NCBI GenBank assembly: GCA_021792255.1
Contig: JAJYUZ010000003.1
Coordinates: forward strand, 137,405 to 201,404
DNA from: Thermoplasmata archaeon
Lineage (GTDB): Archaea > Thermoplasmatota > Thermoplasmata > Thermoplasmatales > GCA-001856825
Reading direction: 5' to 3'
DNA: 64,000 bases
Shown here: positions 52,041 through 59,976 of the stretch, piece by piece
How the letters are laid out: each line of letters begins with the position of its first letter
Numbering within the stretch: position 1 is the stretch's first letter
The notes under the pieces: generated by a model
Database searches by the model: none
The model's input: the letters and a program-made list of their open reading frames with translations, nothing else
Told to the model about the DNA's origin: nothing
Position numbers and translations under genes: made by a program

Positions 52041-52442
52041 TTAGTCCAGAAAGTATATCTTCTTTCTCGCCACGTCAACAATCATAAACACTGCCAACAG
52101 AGATATGACTGTCAGAAGTACCACCTGTATCGCTACTGTCGCCGCGTTATCTGCGAAGTACTTTCCGAACAACAACGACAACACCGCGGTGGTAACGGAA
52201 AACGTAAGCCAAGAATGCTGTGCTCCAATCTTGCCAAATTTTTCAGAGCCCTCAGGACCATGCTCTTTCACAGTAGTCACCCGTACTAGTCCAAATACTG
52301 CAGACAGAACATTGACCAGTGCAAGTATCTCGAGCTCTATAGACGTAGCCTTGTTTGATGCGGTCAGTACTGCCACCAAAGTCACGAGGGACAGCACTGC
52401 AAAGAGTGCCAGCGTTAAATTGACCGTCTTCTTTAGATCCAT
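52041..52442 (-). CDS. small 4-TM membrane protein downstream of the NCS1 permease
   Basis: 133 aa with four hydrophobic helices. It begins 2 nt after the permease stop. Confidence 0.5.
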   Translation of the reverse strand: MDLKKTVNLTLALFAVLSLVTLVAVLTASNKATSIELEILALVNVLSAVFGLVRVTTVKEHGPEGSEKFGKIGAQHSWLTFSVTTAVLSLLFGKYFADNAATVAIQVVLLTVISLLAVFMIVDVARKKIYFLD

Positions 52443-52444
52443 GA

Positions 52445-53887
52445 CTATTCCTTCCCTCCTGAGGACTTGGGAGATTCTCCTATTGCGGCCAACAGTTTCC
52501 TATGTTCATACTCACCAAACTCATATCTAATATTCAGCGCCTTGCATACGTAAGCGATGATTATGTAGGCAACTATCCCCACAACGAATGCATTAACGGC
52601 GGCAATACCGATGTGTAAAAATAGTCCAGTTGCAGCGCCTATCGCGAAACTTAATATGCCGTTTACGTTTATTTCAGGATACTTACCTTCCGTGGTAAAT
52701 TTGTACCGGTCTTCAAATCTCCGTATCCCCTTGACGTATCTGTGAACTATATAGAAATCAGCAATGACAACACCAGCAGCTGCTGGCAGCAAATCTCCAA
52801 GCACGGTTATAAAATTCTCAAACGGAGCTATGGATGCACCGGAAGTGTATCCTATCCATGCAGCTATCCCAACTCCTATGACGCCGTTTATGATTGCAGC
52901 AGTTCCACGTTTCATCTTCCAGAGATTTACGAGCGAAAGAGAGCCCGAATAGAGGTTAACTGCGTTTATGCATAGTTGCCCGAGAATTATGATCAGGAGT
53001 ACCGCTATCCCCATCCCAACGCTTAACATGGCTTCCGTAACGAGGTATGTACCAGTTACAAGAACAAGTGCCACGCCACCCAGTATGAGGAATGGATAGA
53101 TGGCAAACATGTGAGTAGTCCAAGAGACCCAAGCGATTGTGCCTGATTTCGAGAACCTCGCTAGGTCACCTGCAATGAGTGCACCCGCTATGTACAATCC
53201 GACAGCAGCTGTAATTCCCTCCGCCATTGAATAGGGATGGAGCGGTCGGAGAGTCAATAGATTACCGCCCCCATGCACCAGAGAGAGGGCGATAATAAAA
53301 CCTACGCCAATCAACCATATGTGCTGCGGAAGCGCTATGTAAGTGAGGAACGATAGTGCCCTGTAACCTATGTACGTTGCAAGAACCATCAGTGCACCCC
53401 CCCAGAGAGAATCAAAGACTATGTTGTGAAGCAGACCAGTTGCAAACATCTCAGACATGACTATTCCAAACAACCATGTTTCTACAGCGTACCATCCTAT
53501 GCCTGTCGTGACCATTATGAGCACGACTCCAAATATTCCAGCCGGTATTCTACCAAAAGAATATCTCCAGTTCAGATAGGTGGAGCCTCCACTCTTGGCA
53601 GACATGAAACCGGTTAAGGAGCCAATTATGGCTAGTATGGTGCTTGCTGCAAACACAGCTATTACTGCACCTACAAAAGTCAGACCGTATCCAAGCGCTC
53701 CTCCTCCCCACACGACAGCAATCGCTGCGAACGAAGCATTCATCACCATGAACAGGTTGAAAAATCCTCTTCTGGATTTCCTTGGAACTTCTTTAAGTGA
53801 GAAGTCGTCAACTATGTCTCCAAGCTTGTTTTTAGAAGGATTTTTTGACATCTGCCCGGTCGGAGCGTTCTCTCCAGCCATGGTCAA
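52445..53887 (-). CDS. NCS1 family permease (cytosine/hydantoin/allantoin-type)
   Basis: 480 aa with about 12 TM. N-terminal ..EVPRKSRRGFFNLFMVMNAS.. and ..SGGSTYLNWRYSFGRIPAG...GIGWYAVETW.. patterns are typical of CodB/NCS1. Confidence 0.75.
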   Translation of the reverse strand: MTMAGENAPTGQMSKNPSKNKLGDIVDDFSLKEVPRKSRRGFFNLFMVMNASFAAIAVVWGGGALGYGLTFVGAVIAVFAASTILAIIGSLTGFMSAKSGGSTYLNWRYSFGRIPAGIFGVVLIMVTTGIGWYAVETWLFGIVMSEMFATGLLHNIVFDSLWGGALMVLATYIGYRALSFLTYIALPQHIWLIGVGFIIALSLVHGGGNLLTLRPLHPYSMAEGITAAVGLYIAGALIAGDLARFSKSGTIAWVSWTTHMFAIYPFLILGGVALVLVTGTYLVTEAMLSVGMGIAVLLIIILGQLCINAVNLYSGSLSLVNLWKMKRGTAAIINGVIGVGIAAWIGYTSGASIAPFENFITVLGDLLPAAAGVVIADFYIVHRYVKGIRRFEDRYKFTTEGKYPEINVNGILSFAIGAATGLFLHIGIAAVNAFVVGIVAYIIIAYVCKALNIRYEFGEYEHRKLLAAIGESPKSSGGKE

Positions 53888-54216
53888 CCCTCCTTTTTAG
53901 TCGTTAGAAAAAGTACTTCAGTAGGGTAAAAACTCACTGCTAACATGTTACTTCACATTTGTACGCATTCAAAGTATTTAATTTTTTCACAATTCTCACT
54001 TTTTACAAAAAAAAATATCATAGGCATAGGACTTGTATCCTGATAGTTCATTATGAATTATTCAATTATCTTAAGGACTATATGGACTGAGTCTGATGTT
54101 TTCTCTTTTGTTTGTTATCAATCGAATTACTTTCGTAAAAAAAAAATTCTGAGAAATGGTGATAAAATGGAAAATAAGAATCTTTAATATGAGCAAGCTA
54201 ATGAGAGTTCGATAGA

Positions 54217-54339
54217 ATGAGTTATCGGTTGGCACTTGACGATAAGGATTTCTTGAGGAGATTTGTAAAATTTGCGGTGTCGTCTCATCATCTCGAGATT
54301 GATAGAAACACCCTTCCATTGGAGAGGGAATTGACGTGA
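54217..54339 (+). CDS. possible 40-codon upstream ORF coupled (GTGA) to the DUF917-like gene b
   Basis: ATG 54217 to TGA 54337-54339 encodes MSYRLALDDKDFLRRFVKFAVSSHHLEIDRNTLPLERELT. Its stop overlaps GTG start 54336. I see no recognisable family and only a weak Shine-Dalgarno sequence. Confidence 0.2.
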   Translation: MSYRLALDDKDFLRRFVKFAVSSHHLEIDRNTLPLERELT

Positions 54340-55412
54340 GAGATTTAAACGTCCAGGATTTGGAGAATCTCGAGGTGGGGGCTGGCATCCTTGGAACCGG
54401 TGGAGGTGGGGACCCCTATATAGGAAAACTCCTCGCAAGGGAACAACTCCTAAGGGGGAAGAAAATCACACTCGTAGATCCAAAGGAGGTAGATTCTGAG
54501 TCCGAAATACTCCCAGTAGCGATGATGGGAGCTCCCGTGATTATGATCGAGAAAGTTCCAGGAGGCAAGGAAGTTGTAAAATCTCTAGAGTATTTCGAAA
54601 AGAATCTCAAAGAGAGTATTGATTTCATCACTCCTATTGAGATTGGGGGAGTAAATTCAACTGTACCTTTGGCAGTGGCGGGCATGACGGGTAAACCCGT
54701 AGTTGATGGCGATGGTGAGGGAAGGGCCTTCCCGGAGCTCCAGATGGTCACTTTCCACTTAGGAGATATCCAGGCGTCTCCAGTCGCAATGTTTGATGAA
54801 CGCGGAAACAACAACATTGTAATGGCCACGGATAATGTCTGGGCGGAGCGCATAGCTAGATCTGTCACGGTCAGATTTGGTGGGAGCGCGTACGTCGCCC
54901 TCTATCACATGAAAGGGATAGACTACAAAAAGTGGGCAGTTCTGAATACCATTACAAAATGCATAGACATAGGCGATGCTATTATGGACGCTAAGAGATC
55001 TGGTAGAAATGTTTTTGACGCCCTCCTTGACGAGACAGGAGGGGTTATGATCTTTTCAGGAAAAATCATCGAAGTGAAAAGGGAAGTGGAGAGAGGATTT
55101 GCGAGGGGTTCCACTGTTATAGAAGGCTCTGGGGAATTCAGGAACAAACATATGAGGATAGACTTCCAGAACGAGAACCTTATGGCCAGTATAGATGGCG
55201 AAATCATCACCAGCGTGCCCGATCTCATAACCATCCTAGACAGCGAAACTTCAGTTGCAATAACCACAGAGCACCTAAAATATGGGTTTCGTGTAAACGT
55301 GATGGTAATGAAATGCGACGAGAGATGGAGAACAGCTAAGGGACTGGAGACAGTTGGCCCCAGATACTTTGGGTATGACATAGAATACAGACCGATGGAG
55401 GAATTAATTTGA
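54336..55412 (+). CDS. DUF917-like protein, paralogue b
   Basis: 358 aa, GTG start. Motifs: ILGTGGGGDPYIG, IEIGGVNSTVPL, VDGDGEGRAFPELQM, FQNENL, VGPRYFGY. Confidence 0.6.
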   Translation: MRDLNVQDLENLEVGAGILGTGGGGDPYIGKLLAREQLLRGKKITLVDPKEVDSESEILPVAMMGAPVIMIEKVPGGKEVVKSLEYFEKNLKESIDFITPIEIGGVNSTVPLAVAGMTGKPVVDGDGEGRAFPELQMVTFHLGDIQASPVAMFDERGNNNIVMATDNVWAERIARSVTVRFGGSAYVALYHMKGIDYKKWAVLNTITKCIDIGDAIMDAKRSGRNVFDALLDETGGVMIFSGKIIEVKREVERGFARGSTVIEGSGEFRNKHMRIDFQNENLMASIDGEIITSVPDLITILDSETSVAITTEHLKYGFRVNVMVMKCDERWRTAKGLETVGPRYFGYDIEYRPMEELI

Positions 55413-56959
55413 AGGTAAGAATTGGGATTGATGTCGGTAGCACAAACACGGATGGGGTGGCCCTTGATGAAAACAACAACGTGCTCACCAAAGAAAAGTT
55501 CCAGACTACGGAAGACATTTCCACAGGTCTTTTCAACACCCTTAGAAAGGTCATTCAGAATCTCGGCAATTCGAAAGGATATATTGGAAGTGTAATGATT
55601 GGAACCACTCATGGATTAAATGCCATTACATCTCGGGTAGGGCTTACAGAGGTTCTAGCGATCAGGATAGGTCTGCCTGCCGGAGAGGGGATTCCTCCCC
55701 TGTCAGATTGGCCAGAGGAACTGAAGGAGGCCATAGGAAACCATATCCTTATGGTAAGGGGAGGACACGAATATACTGGAGAAGAGATAGTTAAATTCGA
55801 CGAAAATGGTCTGAGAAATTACCTTGCAAATTATAGGGGAAAGATTAAGTCTGTTGCCATCACTTCGATCTTTTCGTTCGTAAACCCAGAACACGAACTC
55901 AAAGCAGAATCCATAGTGAAAGAAGTATTAGGGGAGGAAGTCTTAGTAACACTCTCCAACAAGATCAGCAGTCTCGGTCTACTTGAAAGGGAGAACTCTA
56001 CGATTCTCAACGCAAGCATAAGACCACTAATGATGAGAATTATTGTGTCAATAGAAGAGATACTCAAGAATCTTGAACTGGGAGATGTAAAACTGTATTT
56101 TGCACAGAATGATGGAACCGTCGCCTCAGAAGACTTTGTGCGGAAATTTCCGATTTTCACCGTAGCAGGACCAATATCAAACAGCATCAGGGGTGCATTT
56201 GTACTCACAGGAATCGAAAATGCCGTTGTCTTTGATGTAGGGGGTGCCACTACCAACGTGGGGGCACTGACAAACGGTTATCCGAGAGAGTCCAGCAATC
56301 CTGTCATAATAGGGGGTGTCAGGACGAATTTCAGGATGCCTGACATCTTATCCATACCGCTTGCGGGTGGGACTATAGTCAGGGATAAGATAGGACCTGA
56401 TACGCTCGGTTTCAGGTTGACAAAAGAGGCAATATCATTTGGAGGAGATGTATTGACGGCTACAGACATTGCGCTGAACGCGCTGAAGATTGATCTTCCT
56501 GGAGCCGAAAGGTCTAGGGTTTTGAAAAAGTTTGACAATGATTTCATAACAAGTAAATATGTGACGATGAGAAATATGTGGGAAAATTGCCTTGATAAGA
56601 TAAAGACAAAAGCCGGGGATGTCAGGCTTGTGACCGTGGGTGGTGGCGCCTTCATGATACACAGCAAGCTTCGAGGTTCGTCAGACGTGATAAGACCGGA
56701 AAGTGCACAGTATGCTAATGCAATTGGGGCAGCAACAGCCCTTATTGGTGCAAGGATTGACAGAGCATATTCTTACGAGGCTGTGAAGAGGGAAAAGGCC
56801 ATAGAGGAATCAATTGAGCAGGCAAAATCTATCTCTGTAGAGGCGGGGGCAGTACCGTCGACCATAGAAGTGAAGGAAGTGGAAGAGGTGTCTATGCCTT
56901 ACCTCCCGGGTAATTCTGTCAAGATATCAGTAAAGGTAGTGGGAAAAATGGCACAATGA
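55409..56959 (+). CDS. hydantoinase-A/oxoprolinase family protein (ASKHA fold, motifs intact)
   Basis: 516 aa, TTG start in a TTGA overlap. Motifs: RIGIDVGSTNTDGV, LLERENSTILNASIRPLM, VFDVGGATTNVG, TVGGGAF. Confidence 0.7.
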   Translation: MKVRIGIDVGSTNTDGVALDENNNVLTKEKFQTTEDISTGLFNTLRKVIQNLGNSKGYIGSVMIGTTHGLNAITSRVGLTEVLAIRIGLPAGEGIPPLSDWPEELKEAIGNHILMVRGGHEYTGEEIVKFDENGLRNYLANYRGKIKSVAITSIFSFVNPEHELKAESIVKEVLGEEVLVTLSNKISSLGLLERENSTILNASIRPLMMRIIVSIEEILKNLELGDVKLYFAQNDGTVASEDFVRKFPIFTVAGPISNSIRGAFVLTGIENAVVFDVGGATTNVGALTNGYPRESSNPVIIGGVRTNFRMPDILSIPLAGGTIVRDKIGPDTLGFRLTKEAISFGGDVLTATDIALNALKIDLPGAERSRVLKKFDNDFITSKYVTMRNMWENCLDKIKTKAGDVRLVTVGGGAFMIHSKLRGSSDVIRPESAQYANAIGAATALIGARIDRAYSYEAVKREKAIEESIEQAKSISVEAGAVPSTIEVKEVEEVSMPYLPGNSVKISVKVVGKMAQ

Positions 56960-58026
56960 CGTGGAGACTGAGGCACGAAGACATCGACATATTGACTCTT
57001 GGAAGTTCTCTCCTGGGTTCAGGCGGAGGAGGAAACCCATACATTGGAGGCCTCTTGCTAAAGAAGTCGATGGAGAAATTAGGCATAGATGGGATAGAAG
57101 TTATCGCCCCCGATAGTATTAATGACGATGCTACAATAATCGCTTCTGCAGGGATGGGCTCTCCGACAATTGGATCTGAAAAATTGCCGAATGGTGAAGA
57201 GTATGCCCGGTCGTTGTCGAGACTTGAGAAAGATATGGAAATTGAATTTGAATACGTGACGCCTTCGGAGATTGGAGGGGCCAACTCGGTCGTACCCTTC
57301 ATAGCTGCTCTGTTTAGGGGCCTTCCAGTGCTTGATGGCGATGGTGAGGGAAGGGCCTTCCCGGAGCTCCAGATGACGACCTTCAATCTGTACGGTATCT
57401 CTTCCACTCCAATGTGTCTTGCGGACGAGAGAGGAAACGAACTGATCATCAACTCGGTTGATAATCTCTGGGCAGAAAGCATTGCAAGGTCTGTGACCGC
57501 ACGTTTTGGGGGAAGGGGATACGTGGCCAATTACCCAATGAGTGGAAAGGACTACAAGAAGTCGGCAGTAAAGAATTCAGTGAGTAGAGCAAGAGATCTC
57601 GGAGAGCTCCTCTCCAGGGGGATGAGGAACAATTCGGTTGAAGATGTGCTGACAAAAGAAGCAGGCGCCAGCGAGCTTTTCGATGGCAAATTGACAGATC
57701 TTGTAAGAGAAAACAATGGTGGTTTTTCCATAGGCTATGCGATTTTCCGGTCGACAGAAGGAGAGAAGACCTCAAGAATTAGATTTCAGAACGAGTATCT
57801 GTTCTTTGATGAGAAAATCGAAGGAGATATGATAGAGATTGTTACTACTCCCGAGATTATCTGCATACTCGATAGGGAAACATACATGCCAATAACAACG
57901 GATAGGCTACGATACGGCCAGAGGTGCAAGGTATTTAGTCTTCCAGTTGGCGAAAAGTGGAACCATCCACTTGCGGATGATCTGGTAGGTAGAAGAGTAT
58001 TTTCGGTTTTGAAACACTTTCAGTAG
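56956..58026 (+). CDS. DUF917-like protein, paralogue c
   Basis: 356 aa, ATGA overlap. Motifs: LLGSGGGGNPYIG, SEIGGANSVVPF, LDGDGEGRAFPELQM, FQNEYL. The C-terminal VGRRVFSV is diverged. Confidence 0.6.
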   Translation: MTWRLRHEDIDILTLGSSLLGSGGGGNPYIGGLLLKKSMEKLGIDGIEVIAPDSINDDATIIASAGMGSPTIGSEKLPNGEEYARSLSRLEKDMEIEFEYVTPSEIGGANSVVPFIAALFRGLPVLDGDGEGRAFPELQMTTFNLYGISSTPMCLADERGNELIINSVDNLWAESIARSVTARFGGRGYVANYPMSGKDYKKSAVKNSVSRARDLGELLSRGMRNNSVEDVLTKEAGASELFDGKLTDLVRENNGGFSIGYAIFRSTEGEKTSRIRFQNEYLFFDEKIEGDMIEIVTTPEIICILDRETYMPITTDRLRYGQRCKVFSLPVGEKWNHPLADDLVGRRVFSVLKHFQ

Positions 58027-58429
58027 GGTAGACTTACTTGTGCCAAAGAAGGGTGTTCCCCGAAGAGACCCATAGTTCATCCGGAGCAAGGTTTCGCACT
58101 GATTTATCACCACCTGTCTTGGAAACCATAAGTAATCTGTGTTGACCCACAGCTTCGTTTGGAAGATAGTCGGTTAAACATATTCTTTTGGGAAATGTTT
58201 TCGGTGGGACCCACTTGACCGGTTCTTTAATCAATAATGGCACTTACTGGTGACTCACCATGACCAATTATACAGAAGTGGGGCGACTCTTGACTTCAAT
58301 TCGTAACTTCCTTTGTAGCTCCCGCTGGGCTTCGTGACGTCATGACACTTCATCATTATCTTGAGTTGAGATGGAAAATTGGTTTCTCCCTTACAAGAGG
58401 ACTAAATAAGGAACTTGATTTTTGACTAC

Positions 58430-58880
58430 ATGAAATTTAAAACAGACGATCGAGGACTAGATTTTGGGGTCTGACTGACAGTGGAGAGAGAATTACACTG
58501 AGTGAAAAATTGAAAGAAGGACCAGTCCTCTTGTACTTCTATCCGGAGGATGAAACTCCTGGATGTACTACAGAGACGTGCTCATTCAGAGACAACTGGG
58601 ATGAGATAAAGAAGGTGAGAGCGACTGTGCTGGGAGTGAGCTTTGACTCAGTTGATTCCCATAAGAATTTTAAATCGAACCGGCCCCTACAGTTCATCCT
58701 CGTTTCTGATGAGAGTAAGGCGATCAGAGAAGCATATGGAGCTACTGGTCTACTGATACCCCACGTATAGCTTTTGTGATAGACAAAGGCGGAACGATAA
58801 AGGAAGTCTATAGTTCTCAGCTCAATGCGACCAACCACGCTGATGTAGCACTGAAAACATTGAAATCTGTTAGGCAGTAA
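58430..58880 (+). pseudogene. bcp: Bcp-type peroxiredoxin gene interrupted by two 1-nt frameshifts (or by sequencing errors)
   Basis: Three frames join into a full-length Bcp of about 150 aa: MKFKTDDRGLDF / LTDSGERITLSEKLKEGPVLLYFYPEDETPGCTTETCSFRD...LLIP / RIAFVIDKGGTIKEVY...KSVRQ*. The shifts fall in the T4G4 run (58462-58469) and the C4 run (58759-58762). Confidence 0.7.
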
Positions 58881-58943
58881 TTGCCGGGGACTACGTAGAA
58901 AGAATTCAAGAGCGGTGAAGCGACCTGATATAGTAGATCTCAG

Positions 58944-59693
58944 TCATTCTGCGAGCTTTCGTTGCAGGACTGCTCGTTCCAGTTTTATTAGGGCACCTGC
59001 AGTCTCCCCCTTCTTTTTGGATTGATCGGAAACAGGGTCATTCAGGAATCTCCTAGCCCTCTCCAGGTGAGCCTGTGTCTCCTTCATATCTTTCATTGAA
59101 AAATACATGTTAGCAAGAGATAATTCCGTCCTTGCATCATCTATAACGTCATCCGGAGATTTTGTCGCGACAGCATACTCGGTTCTTGAGTACCTTGGGT
59201 CTGGAGGCTGACTCGAAACGTACTCCTTCTTCACTTGCTTGAGGTAGTACGAATTCACTATACTAGTTGCCACGATGCTGCTTATAAAGACCACAAATAT
59301 GGCTGCAAAGAAAACGATGTATGAGATGGCTCTGAGGAAATAAGCTGCATAAGAAGCAACGTATCCTATTAGCAGAATTATGGGGCTTAAGTATCTTAGA
59401 ACTACGGGAAGCTGAACAATTGGAGGAGCCGTAGGGTTGTTTATGCAGAAAGATATCGTGCCAAGCAGATTGACAGCCTTCTTATCTTTCTTGCACTCGG
59501 GATTTTGGACTGTAGTAAATGCGTCATTAAGCATCTCTCTTGCTTTCGACGGTGCACCCGACAATTTGTAGAGTTGGGAAAGTTCGAATTGCGTAAATCC
59601 AATTTTATAATAGTTATGGCCCTGTCTGTTTGCTGCAGTCTCTCTTTTCAACAGTTTCTCAAGCTGAGAAATCCTCCGCTCAGCTGTTGTCAT
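58944..59693 (-). CDS. hypothetical membrane protein (helical N- and C-terminal domains flanking 2-3 TM segments)
   Basis: 249 aa with central hydrophobic segments (LSPIILLIGYVASYAAYFL, IVFFAAIFVVFISSIVATSIV). I recognise no family. Confidence 0.45.
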   Translation of the reverse strand: MTTAERRISQLEKLLKRETAANRQGHNYYKIGFTQFELSQLYKLSGAPSKAREMLNDAFTTVQNPECKKDKKAVNLLGTISFCINNPTAPPIVQLPVVLRYLSPIILLIGYVASYAAYFLRAISYIVFFAAIFVVFISSIVATSIVNSYYLKQVKKEYVSSQPPDPRYSRTEYAVATKSPDDVIDDARTELSLANMYFSMKDMKETQAHLERARRFLNDPVSDQSKKKGETAGALIKLERAVLQRKLAE

Positions 59694-59976
59694 TTACACT
59701 GAACCTCTTTGCACCTTCCCTTTCGGGAACTGCTGATACTTAATCGAAATTTAACTTAAAAATTTAATGAAAGTATTTTCTTCTTTTGGCATCTCAAATA
59801 TAGCAATTTTTTCCTGATACTTCCTCATTCTGGAATGAATTTGGTTTGCAATCAGATAACTACCTGTGAATTCGTCAATGCTCGATACAGTGATATGAAT
59901 AGAAAGTGCTGGACACCCAAGTGATCTGGCATTTGCAAAAACCACCCAGGACCATTGATCTTGTAGAGTGGTAAGA

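Noticed and set aside
54071-54438. Minus-strand ORFs 54071-54388 (105 aa) and 54184-54438 (84 aa) in the divergent intergenic region
   Set aside because: They are AT-rich and low-complexity, and they overlap the start of the DUF917-like gene b. There are no motifs and no plausible promoter geometry.
48695-58429. Calling the DUF917/HyuA/NCS1 segment a mobile element or genomic island outright
   Set aside because: I found no integrase, transposase, terminal inverted repeats or tRNA-borne att site. Only bcp relics and a 9-nt identity support the idea, so I kept it as a hypothesis under findings rather than as a mobile_element feature.
59751-59945. 64-aa minus-strand ORF between the M20 hydrolase and the 249-aa membrane protein
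   Set aside because: No recognisable motif, hydrophobic segment or ribosome-binding context. It could be real but is unsupported.
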